From Malacoraja senta (Eukaryota), in contig CM075981.1 of NCBI GenBank assembly GCA_038087875.1, positions 72,292,001 through 72,356,000 on the forward strand: a stretch of 64,000 bases of DNA. Reading direction: 5' to 3'. Below, in pieces: positions 24,541 to 39,600 of the stretch. A model generated the notes under the pieces. That model was not told the DNA's origin. It ran no database searches and saw nothing but the letters and a program-made list of their open reading frames with translations. Each line of letters opens with the position of its first letter. Position 1 is the first letter of the stretch. The position numbers were made by a program, and so were the translations under genes.

Positions 24541-25006
24541 GTCTGCAAACCCTGTGTGGTTCTTTGTAAACAAGACATCTACAATGCTAGTATTTTTAAC
24601 CTTTTTCCGCCCTCGTGCTATTTTGCTCGCTTTGTTTTGCCAGTGAATTGCGTTTATTCCGCGTTATTTCTGATCCGGGCGGCTACCCGGCCGAAAAAGG
24701 AATAAAGAATTAGGCTGCCCTCATTCATTGTGCCAGGAGATAAACTATGGTACTGGACTTCTGAGATGGGTGCTCGGTCGGTTGGACTGGGCTAGACAGC
24801 CGCCATTCCATTATGAAAATTCTGGTCGGTGGGAGTGCTCCCTTTTGGGAGCCACAGCGCCGCCACTAATTGCCGGAAGGGCGGGAATACGAGTGAGTGA
24901 GCGAGGAAGGGAGGGGGTGGCAAGAGACAAAGTGCCGTGGACATTGGCGGCATAAAGTGGAACAGCGTCATGTCTAATCTTTCTCTCCGTTCTGCAGATC
25001 CTATGA

Positions 25007-28611
<3,605 letters not shown>

Positions 28612-29513
28612 AACGTTACACGTTGAGATTTTCTCACAGTTAATTGTATTTTGAAATTTATATTTTAAAAGGCCCATTCCTGAAACAATTTTGGACTGCA
28701 GTCTTGGCTTCTGGTGAAGACTGGGCCACCTTTCATTTTTTTTTTAGTATTGATAATAATTTTCAATGTGTAAGTAGCAGATCATTTTGTAAAGATTCTT
28801 TGACTCTTGGCTCAGGTTTCAAAATAAAACGTTTTGTATCTTTAGCCTGTGACTTTAATATACACACATTGTGAGTGGGAACTGTCCTATATTGCAACTT
28901 TTAATGGGAGAGGGGGGGGGGGTCACTCAGATTCTGAATAAATTCAGTTTTTTTTGGAGTGTGGATCTCGAATTGTTACATATGTCGATGGTGCTGTTGT
29001 GTTCATAAGTTCCTGAAGCAGAATTAGGCCAATCGGCCCATCGTCGACTGCCATTTCTTTTCCTCTCAACCCCATTCTCTTGCCTTTGCCTCCAAATCCC
29101 GACACCCTTACTAATGAAGAATCTGTCAAACTCTGCCTTAAAAATGTCCATTCACTTGGCCTCCACAGCGGTCTGTGGTAATGCATTTCAACGATTGAAC
29201 ACCCTCTGGCTAAAGAAATTCCTTCTCATCTTTCTACCATTGGTAGAGTTCCAGGATCTAAATCCAAAAGCAATGAAAGAACAGCAATATTTTTTAAGCC
29301 AGGAAGGTGTGTGATATGGAGACAAACCTACATCTGTTGGTATGGTTAAATGCAGGTTTATGTTTTGAAATAATTGCAGTGCATTTGTCTGGGTCACAGC
29401 ATGTGTCAGTCCGTATCCAAGTGAAAGATTAGTCCTTTTGGCTGAACAAAATGCAAGCCTTTTTGTATTTTTAGCATTTTTTGTTAATTTGACTTTATTT
29501 GCAGTAGTATACT

Positions 29514-30519
29514 TAGTTATGTTACAATACTTACCTTCAGCGGCGATGCAATTCTGCCACTGGCCGTGTGCGCGATTTTGGCGCCTTTGAGGGGGGGCGG
29601 GGTTAAAACGCGGGTTTCACCTACCTTGTCCTGTATTATATTTTGTTGTATTCCGACGGGCGTTTTGTGTTTTTTTAATTTTTATTCGATCAACAATTTC
29701 AGCGCTGGAATTATTTTAAAATCAGCTTCGAAAGCCGACAACGGGGACGGATTTCACATATATGACAGGTAAACGAAAGCAGTTTATTTTTTTGTATAAA
29801 AGTGCTTCTTAAGAGGCCTTTAATTCACATTTTTTAATGCGAAACGGTGATTCTTTTCCCCGAACTAATGGCAGAATTTTTCATGCCGATACGGGGTTAA
29901 ATTCACCGCAAATCAACGTTCCAATTGATCGCGTTCCAGAAAACCCCACTCGCAAGATGATTTAAATGCCCATTAATTTACAGGTATTAAACATTAAATT
30001 CCTTCCATTTGGCCTGTAAATCCATGATAATGAGATTAAAAAATTATGTTATATTGTGAATTCTTGTGTGAATGTTATTTGGACACTTAGGCTAATTAAA
30101 AATGTTAATCTATTCTTAAGAAATTGATAGATGTTTAGATCCAGTAATTGAATTTTGTAATTAGCTACAATTAGGTAACTAACTAATGATATGCTTTAAT
30201 TTCATGTCATCCAAGTAGGATTGTTTCATATTTGTTTCAGAATGCTTCAATCTATAATAACTGAAAATTTCTTTCAGTTCTCTTAATTTTTAAGAAAGTT
30301 ATGGGCTTTTGACTGTCCTCGATCACAGTTTTTGTGTTAAGTCAATGGAAAAGCAATAGGGAACAAGATGCTAATTTCCGAGTATGAAAATGGCCATAAC
30401 TTTTTTAATACTGAAGATATGAAAGTGAATTAGGTGTCAAATTCAACTTTTTATGCTTTATCTGATTGGATAAATTACAGACTTGATGTTTTAAATCTCA
30501 AAATTTTGTAACATTGCTA
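29514..30519. mobile_element. Non-autonomous TIR DNA transposon (about 1 kb), hAT-like or unclassified
   Basis: TIRs TAGTTATGTTACAA and TTGTAACATTGCTA, with the flanking direct repeat GTATACT at 29507-29513 and 30520-30526. Confidence 0.75.
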
Positions 30520-33377
30520 GTATACTTGCATTTGCATGGTCTGTCTTCCTCCCCCATTCTGATCATCACTACATTTTTCCTAACCTAAACCTCTTGCTGT
30601 AGCTGTTTGATGTGCCAAGACAATAGTCCCATCTGGATTTGGGTACAGCTGACCATGCCAGAACAGCACCCTTCTGTTGTCCACCGGTGACCCACAAACT
30701 GTAATCCACTTCTCCCACACCCACTCAAATCTGATTTTTGTTGAGGTGAAGACAATTTTCTCATGGTTTTGATAGTAATTCAGAAGTCATCTTTGTGATT
30801 TTGCTTGCTAGCTGCTAATACCCCCTCAGCAAAATCTTTTGGTCCTATCTGTTATGTGCAGCAATATGGATCATAACAACAATTAATCCCTTATCATTCT
30901 TCACCCCATTTGTAGATGTTCTTAACCCATGGACCAGTCGGACAAGTCTCTGAGCCTCTCGCTCATAGCTGGAGTAAACAGGATCTAGTTCCTGAATGAC
31001 ACCATCCCCGTACCGACCACAATGGTTTGCACTCTCTAACATTTTGGAAAGTGCTTGTGATAACCCAGTCAAGAAATATTCTGTGTAATGCAAATTCACC
31101 CTTTTAAATTCCAAGCCAGTCTGCAAGCATTGTAATGTTTAAGAAAAAACTGCAGATGCTGGAAAAATTGAAGGTAGACAAAAATGCTGGAGAAACTCAG
31201 CAGGTGAGGCAAGTAAGTAATGTACTCTGCAAAAGTATACTGCAAATTTACAAAACATGGATTTTATTTACTTGCCTTGCCTTTTGCAAAATCATATTCC
31301 TTGACATTAAGTTTGAAACCAATTTAAAAGCAATACTGCCCTTTGTTAATCTGGATTTGAGAGGTCATGGAGAAATTAGCCACTTGAAAGTCATTATTAG
31401 ACAAAAGCAGTCATGTTGGGTTTTTTCTGGAACACATACTAAATCTCAAGGTACAACCTTATACATGAGAACCTAAAATTAGAAAAATGTTGAAGGGCAA
31501 TATACCAAGTAATAAAAAGTGCCTCAGTTAGTTTAAGGCAATACCAGGAACAACAAAAATAGCAAAACTATTTTCCAGTTCTTGTTCTAAAAAATATGCT
31601 TGCAGAAATACTTGTTTATTTATAAACAATCAAGAAAAAATGTCTAACAAACAAAAGTTATGTTCTTTACATTTATTACAGTATTTATACCTGTACAGAT
31701 TGAAAACCAAAAAGAACCAATAATTCATTGTTTGCTTTGCCTGATCAGGACTGCTTCACACAACTCGTGTGTACTGCAATCCACCATTTATGGTGTAGTA
31801 AGATTGATTTTAATTGTTTCAATTCCACTTTTGGCAGCATTTTGAGTACAGTACTTCAATTAAGGAAAAGTAGTGGTGAGAAGCATTAGCACTGTATTAT
31901 GAACAATATTACAATTACAGATAAGGTCAGCTTCAGATCAGAGATGATCCTATCGTTTACATATACCACATATTGTTAAAGCACAATGTTCAAGAGAAGA
32001 TCCAGCTGGCTCTCTCCCCACCAACCTAATTTTGCAGTATCTTTGTCAGGCAGGCCACATCTTCATCCTCATGTTTATCTCAATCTGAGAATATTAGATG
32101 CCAAAATTTGAAACTGCCAATTTAGTTTGATTATTTTCTCCAAAATGACCCCTTGTTCCTTGACAAAATAATTCAGTTCCTTAGACAAAGGAACTCTCCA
32201 AATTAATCAAATTTATAAATACACGTTATCAATAGAAATGTTTAGATAGGAGTTACCGCTGAAACTTTTAGAGTTTTCAAATTAACCGCAGAGATGAACT
32301 GTGGTTCTGAATGATGCAAGTTTTGATGATGCAATGGCTACAAGTGAGTAACCAAGCACAGATCAAGGATTAAATGTGAACAACTCGTGATGTGGAAAGG
32401 TCCGAATTATCGATGCCATCAGAAGCTCAGCTGTGCCATTGTGTGACTGATCATCTCACACTTCATTCTCTGTTGATATGTCTCAGTAGAGAGAAGCAGT
32501 GAAGTCTCATACATTTTCAAATTATGTTTCCGAAGGAATCATGAAAACCCAAATGGAAGATTCCACCAACCAAATTTCAACCTCAACAGATTTAAGTTGG
32601 TTTTAAATGATCTGTGGATACAGGAAATAAAGGCAGAAAATGCTGGAAATACTCAGTAAGTCGGGCAGCACCCGAAGAGAGAGAAATAAAGTTAATGCGT
32701 CAGATCAAAGACCCTTTATCAGAATCGGGAAAAGTTAGAAGTTAAACATGCTTAAAGCTGCAAAGAAAAGGAATCTCCATTCAACTCGTATTCTGGCCTC
32801 CATATTTGGTCTCCTATGCTGTTTAAGCGAAGGTCAATACAAGTTTATAGAACAGGACGATGGATTTCTTCCGGGTGTATTGCAGCCTTCAAAACTCAAG
32901 AGTTAATCAGCCATTTCAGTCTTGTATCTTTTTACTCTCCCTTGTACTGGTAATTTTTTATTTTATTTTTCCCTTCCTTTTTGCTTCCCGATGCACCTTT
33001 TGTAGCTTGCTAATCTTTCTCACTCTCTTTCAACAGCACCAGCCATACTGGTGTCATTCAATCTTTCTTGGCTTCCACCATATCACATACCTTTCCTTTA
33101 TTAATTTTCTGCTCCTCCCCATATCTGCAACTTAAAATGTTTAATTTCTATCTTTATTCCATTCTAAGGAAAGGTCATTGATTTGAAATTGTGAATACGA
33201 TTCTGACTCCATAGGTGCTGTCTGGTCAGTTGGGTATTTCCAGTATTGTCCATTTTTATTTCAGATTACCAACCTCCGCAGTAATTTGCTTCAGGACGGC
33301 AGTTTCATAATGAATTTTATCATCTACAATTTAAAAAAAAATAATGCCTAATTGCGGGAGCTACCATCCTCCATTCA

Positions 33378-36300
33378 TTACGTTGTTTTGTTTGGTTTCT
33401 TGGCATCTTCCTCTGGCTCAGCCTTGGAGAGTATGAGATCAGGAAAATGGTCACTCAAAGCTTGTCCCATGATTCTATCAACTTCAGTTTCTTTCCTAAG
33501 GATGCACCAAACTAAAAAAGCAATTGCAGCCAGACTGAGGGGAAGAACCTTCCACCAAGGTTTTTGATGACCACCGCCCAGTGCTTTCTCCACAGACCAG
33601 ACAGAGCTGCTTGCCTTACTGGTGCTAAATTTTATGGGTCCATCTTCATTCTCAATTTCCTTAAGTGATGATTTTTGGTCATGTGGAGCTGTAGAGAAGA
33701 AAGCTCTTGTCGAATTGTATTGTCTAAAAAGAAAACAAAGTTTGAGTCACTCCATTATCTGCAGATTAGCCCATGCTGGTAAACATAAGTCAAGTCAATT
33801 TTATTTCTATAGCACATTTAAAAACAACTCTCGTTGACCAAAGTGCAGGTACTAACGTGCTACATACAATGGTACACAGATCTAACAATACATACATACA
33901 GCACTCCCTCAGAGGACCTCAAGAAACACTTGTGAGTAGAAATAGGTTTTAAGTCTAGACTTAAAGGAGTCAATGGAGGGTGCAGTTCTGATGAGAAGAG
34001 GGATGCTGTTCCACAGTCTAGGTGCTGCAACTGCAAAAGCATACATTGTTTTTCTTGTCTCCCTAAAGATGGTTCCATATCCCAATACCCATCTGCTAGA
34101 CCAGATGTAATGCTCTTACATCTAAACTCAGAAACTGCAGATGCTCATTTGCAAAAAAAGACACAAAGTGCTGGAGTAACTTAGCAGGTCAGACAACATC
34201 TCTGATGAATATGGATTGATGTGTTTTGAGTTGTGACCCTTCAGACTGATTTTAGTGAGGCGGAGAAAGCTGCAAGAGGGGTGGGACAAATCCTGGCAAG
34301 TGATAGGTGGAACAGGTGTTTTAAAAAAAAATTGGCAGATGGTTGAACAAAGGCCAGAAATGAAAAGACAAATATAGAGATATGAAATGTGAAGCCATAA
34401 GGAGGCATACAAGTGGGAGGTGACAGGAAAAGGGAGAAATGGGTATGAATCCAGATGGGGTACAGGGAAGGGAGGGGGGGGGGAAGAAGGGTAGGAGGAG
34501 GTTGGTTTTCTCCTTTAACATTCTCCTCACATCCCTGATATTTACACATGGGAACTTGAGGCTGTTACATATTTCCACTTCAGCGCCATTGATGTTCAAT
34601 GGGAATCGAACACCACTTTGTTTCCTTAGTCCATAACTATCTCCTTCATTTTGCTAATAGTAAGGGAGGGGTTGTTGATCTGACCATATTATGAAGGTTT
34701 CTATCTCCTTCCTGTACTCCAGTGCATCATTGTTTGAGATCCAGCCCACTATAATGGTGTAATATGTAAACTTGTAAATGGAGTTAGAGCAGAATTTGGC
34801 ATCACAGTGCTGAGTGTAGTAAATTAAATGAGTCCCACTTAATTTCACATCCCGTTATGCCGTGCTTGTTCAAATAATTATCCAGGTGCCTTTATGTGCT
34901 ACTTCTTCTGTTTCCATCTCCTCATCTGAGAACTCAATTTAAATACTAACTACTCGTAAAAGTTTACTGTTCAGATTTGCTTGAAACCACCCCCATCACA
35001 CATTAAATCTGTGGGCTATAGTTTTAGACAACTCTACCATGGGAAACAGACTCTGAGTATCTATACTTTATGTCATTCATATTTTTATATAGCTTTATCA
35101 TGCCACCTCTCAGCCTCCTTTGCAACATGAAAATAGACCCAATGTATCCAATCTCTCCCTATAACTCAAACTCTTGAATCTAGGTAACATTCTTGTGAAT
35201 ATTTTCTGCATCTTCTACAGCTTAATATCTTTCCTGTAGAGTGACCAAAACTGATCACAATAATCCAACTGTAGCCTAATCAACTTTTCATGCAACTGTG
35301 ACAAAATCTCATCTTTTGTACTCAATACTTTGACCAATGTCCATAAGCCTTCTTCATCACTCAGTTTACCTGTTGCCACTTTCAAGGAACTCTATATTAA
35401 CGAGCTCTCTCTGCTAAACAACAATCAGAGTTCTGCCATTCACCGTGTATGTCCTCCTCCGGATTAACTTCCTAAAGTGCATCACTTTCCACTTGTCCAA
35501 GTTAAATTTCATCTGCCTTTGGCCACTTTCTCAGTTGATCAATATTCTCTTGTCATGTTAGACAACCTTCTTTGGTACGAAAGGCCTGTTTTGATCAATC
35601 TCTCAAGGGACAAGAGAATCATCCTAGAAGTTAATTTAATGAACCTCCACTGCACTACTTTCAAGGCAAGTTTATCATTCTTTAAATTGTACCTGGCACT
35701 AGCTGTGGTCTCACCAAAACTCTGTGCATTTATAGGCTTTTTTTGTGCTTGTACTACATCTTCAGTACAATAGAGATCAACTCTTCATTTAGTTATTATC
35801 TCATGCAACTGCTTGCTAATGTATAATGCTATTTCTAGTGTATACAAACCCCATGTTCACCCCTGGCACCAACATTCAAGAATGCCACCATTTAAGTAAT
35901 CCTCTGTTAATCCTTAACCATCATCTGTTCAATTTACTAAATTGGATAATAATACATTTCCCTCATTATATCCCATCTTAGAGTAAATTGGATGAAGAAA
36001 TCAATGACCAAGCAGCATAGATTTTACATTGTGGATAGAATAAGAAAGGAGGTAAGGAAATTGTTTCCCCAAGTATGGTAGAGGTCTTCACCTCGCAGCT
36101 TGTAAGGGTGAAGATGCAGAAACACTCATCACTTTAAAAAAGAGCCACGGTGTGTATTTGGAGAGCTGTGACCTGCAGCACTTACAAATCAAGTGCTGGC
36201 ATGTGGAATTAGTTTGGGTAATTCTTTCTCAAGGCATCCTTATGTCATAACATTTCTATAATTGTATCTTGTTCACATTAACTGATGGTAGCATAGATTT

Positions 36301-37000
36301 CTGATGGAAAAGAGGGGGTGGGGGTTCCCAATGTTACAAATTTAAAGATTATTCTCGATTATTATCTATACTCATAAAACACCCTTGCATTCTTAACCCA
36401 AATGTGCTTTTACGTGATCCATATTTCGTTAGTTATAATAAACTAAATACAGAAAAATATTCAAAATGTTCAGGTCAGGCATCATCTGTGAAAGGGGTTG
36501 TTTCAGCTCAATAGTTTGCTGAATATTACAATTTTTTCCGATTTCCAGTCAATATTGCATCTTTCGTATTATGTCTGTCATGAAAGCCTCGGCTAACGCA
36601 GTGTAAGCATACGCCCCTGAGACAGAAGGATGCGGGTTCACTCCTTGTTCCAGGTATTACAGTTACACACAGTACAAGGAAACTCGGAGTCTCACACACG
36701 AGGCAAGTAAGTGGTTGGAAGATTTCCGCCAGTATTAAATTGCTAAATTAAATGGCCTTTCATCGCCAATTAAGAATTCATTCCTAATACCGACGATGTT
36801 GAAGGTCATGTGCTGTCATTTAGCGCCAGAACAAAGCAGCGATCCCTCCCAATCTCTCACAATTCAAATTCGGGAAAGTTTTCAATTGTTCTATGTTTAA
36901 CGCACCTGCACGCGGCGAAACTCGTTCCAAATAGGTGTCGGTTTGAGGATGAAAAAGCCTGTAAATTCCGCACTAAAATACCACACCGCACCGTCATCAT
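33378..37000 (-). CDS. UQCC4: Ubiquinol-cytochrome c reductase complex assembly factor 4 (C16orf91/CCSMST1), 146 aa. Exons 36906-37000 and 33378-33723
   Basis: Exon 2 encodes PIKFSTSKAS..WSVEKALGGGHQKPWWKVLPLSLAAIAFLVWCILRKETEVD, matching the family motif PIxFSxSKA..WxV..GHQRPWWKVLP..W.xLREE. Exon 1 (MMTVRCGILVRNLQAFSSSNRHLFGTSFAAC) looks like a presequence, ends AG|GTGCGT and joins in phase (95+346 nt). The human gene also neighbours UNKL. Confidence 0.88.
34510..34825 (-). mobile_element. Degenerate Rex1/Babar RT fragment in the UQCC4 intron
   Basis: IYKF..YTIIVGWISNND..EYRKEIE and INGAEVEI..S.KF, homologous to the 56842-58020 ORF. Confidence 0.65.
34860..35600 (-). mobile_element. Degenerate CR1 LINE fragment in the UQCC4 intron
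   Basis: Nucleotide similarity to 5108-5752 and 7338-7480 (GCCACTTTCAAGGAAC; TTTCTCAGTTGATC). Confidence 0.6.
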
Positions 37001-38779
37001 CTTCCTTTACAACAAAATAACCGGTCTACTGGTGCACCGGCTCAGCCTTCCCCAGCACCACTAGTTCCGGCTAACACTGCAGAAAGCAACTCAATTCAAC
37101 ATCCAGTACTTGAAAGACATTGATATTGATAGTAATAAACCCATAGTTGTAAGCACTTGTAAGCAGTGCTAGAGCATTAACTTCCATTTTCATATCTCTT
37201 AAACTGTCATAGCGATCCAAAATGAAAATAAGTATGTATTGCAATGAGAAATTGATCCTTCTGTCTTAACAAGGTAAATCTTGCAAAAAGATCCCCCATG
37301 TTCAAAAGCCAATGATTTGTTTTAATATCAGTAAAGTTTGAGATATTAATGGGGAGAAATAAACAAAGTTATCATCCTCAGTTCACTGTGTCTCTAATAT
37401 GTTTGGCTTTGTTTCCCATTTTCATTTCTTTTTTCTGTTACTTAAATGTACTTTTTGTGACATTTTTGCAATTGTTAAAAAACAACAACTCTAGGTTATA
37501 TAGGATAAAAGCTTGATATTTAAAATGCCTATTATTACTGTCATTCATGATATTTGTCGGATACAGCTTTCCTTTAGACCTACCGGTAACTACTGGGCAA
37601 CCAGACTTGGTTGGGTTACCTGGTAACAGGTCTTCTATTTCTTGCTTGGCTATTCCATGAAGTTGAGGATGACTTCAGCAGAAGTGATTGCTGAGGCCAA
37701 TGAAAGACCTGCAATCTATATCATTGGTGGAGCAGAAAGTATTGATGGGGCAGGTAGTGAGTATTTTCAGAGGTTATCTATGCCATTCCTAATTCTCCTT
37801 CTCCACTTAGAATGGTCATGGACCAGAATTTCCTTGAGTCATTGGGGATGTTATATTATATATTTTCCAAGGTAGGCTTGTAGAATCCATGAATCATTTC
37901 TCCTCTCCTCTTAGTAATTGGTTGTTTTTAGAGTAATTAGAACATTAAACCTGATGATGTTGGCCTGAGACAGGACAGTGATATTGGTTCAATTATCCTA
38001 CAGTGGTTTGGGATGTTGATGTGCAGTGAGTGGTGGTGATATCTCATCAAAACATTGAGTCTTCAACTGTAAGTAACTCGTGTCACGGAAGCATACAAGA
38101 GGGTGTTGATTTTTGCTGCCTGAGAGATGATAAACTTTGTACCAGGACAGAGATCTTGATCATCAAACATTCTTTTCCACAGATAGTCAAAGAAGGTGCA
38201 AGCACACTGAAGATTATGCCAAATATCAAATTGCTTAAAAATGGCTCTCGAGATGTGGAAAGTGGCCCATGTTTTCAAGTATGTCATTGTGGACTTTTAG
38301 CAATGGGAAGGCAGCATTGTGCAGGGGGTTTGAAGACGTTTGGTATAAAGACCCATTCTCAAATGTTTCGATGAACCAGTCAGTCAAGGTGTGGTTTACA
38401 AAAAGAGCTGGCATAACTCTAGGTCAGACAGCTTCTTTGAAGGACATGGATAGGCAGCATTTCGGATGGGAACCTTCCCCAGAATGCGATTGTTGCGATT
38501 AGTCTGTAATGTGATCGTCCCCCACTCATGTGGTCCCCTCAGGTGATATTTGCTTTCCTTTGTTTGAGGTTACTGTAGCATTTTGTGTCTTTCTTTGTAA
38601 ACCAGCATCTGCAGTTCTTTTTGTTTCTATATCCGCCTGTCACTTGGCAGGCTTTGTCCTGCCCCACCTCTCCTAGATTTCTCAAGATTCAGGAGTGTTT
38701 TATTGTCATATAGAGAACAATGAAATTCTTACTTGCAGCAGCACAACAGAATATGTAAACAGAGTAATAAATAAGTTCA

Positions 38780-38828
38780 GTGTGTGTGTGTATATATACA
38801 CATATACATATATATGTGTATATATACA
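38780..38828. repeat. (TG)n/(TA)n microsatellite
   Basis: Directly visible. Confidence 0.8.
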
Positions 38829-38834
38829 GCTAAA

Positions 38835-39278
38835 AGCCCAGTGGTATGAATATTGATTTATCTATATCTAACTTCAGGTAGACCCGGCATTCCCTCTCTC
38901 TCTATCCGTCTCCCACCCCAGTCGCACTAGCTTCTCGTTTTCACCGAACAAACAGCTCAATGGCCTGTTTCTTTATCATCGTTACTTTTTTGCATATCTT
39001 TCATTCATTGTTTTTTTATCTCTCTACATCGTCGTCTATATCTCTCGTTTCCCTTCATCCCTAACCAGTCTGAAGAAGGGTCTCGACCCGAAACGCCACC
39101 CATTCCTTCTCTCCAGAGATGCTGCCTGTCCCACTGAGTTTAGTCTACCTTTGGTTTAAACCAGCATTACATACATACATACTCCCCCATACACACACCA
39201 ATCATTCTGAGGAAGGGTCCCCAATCTGAAACGTCGTCTGCTCATGTCCTCCAGAGATGCTGCCTGACCCGCTGAGTC
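38835..39278 (+). mobile_element. Penelope 3' end and terminal repeats with two tandem hammerhead-like motifs, abutting the TOP3A CpG island
   Basis: Starts with AGCCCAGTGGTATGAATATTGAT (the GIY-YIG end). Hammerhead-like cores are at 39070-39097 and 39207-39235. Confidence 0.7.
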
Positions 39279-39279
39279 C

Positions 39280-39600
39280 TTCGCCATGAGGTTGCGTTGT
39301 TGGCGGCGACGCTGCTCTCCGCGCGCGGCGACGGTTGGGGGCGGCAGGGGGCGCGCGCGGGCGGGCGGGCCGGTGGCGCCAACGCCGATGGTGGGCGAGA
39401 GGGACGCCATTAGCCCAGGGCCCGGCTCTAGTTCCAGCACGGCATGATATCGGTGCTCAGCCGCACGATGAGCAGCGTTAGGGGTCGCCGGTTGCAGGCC
39501 CGCCAGGTGCTGTGTGTGGCTGAGAAAAATGACGCGGCCAAAGCCATCGCGGAGATCATGTCGGCTGGACGTTCCCGGAGGGTAGGAGCCCGGTCTCTTC
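39280..39600 (+). promoter_or_regulatory. CpG island at the TOP3A 5' end
   Basis: Dense CpG/GC stretch with GC boxes (GGGCGG) over and upstream of exon 1. Confidence 0.6.

Noticed and set aside
36588-36660. tRNA gene (A/B-box-like sequence)
   Set aside because: No cloverleaf can be folded; more likely the decayed head of a tRNA-derived SINE.
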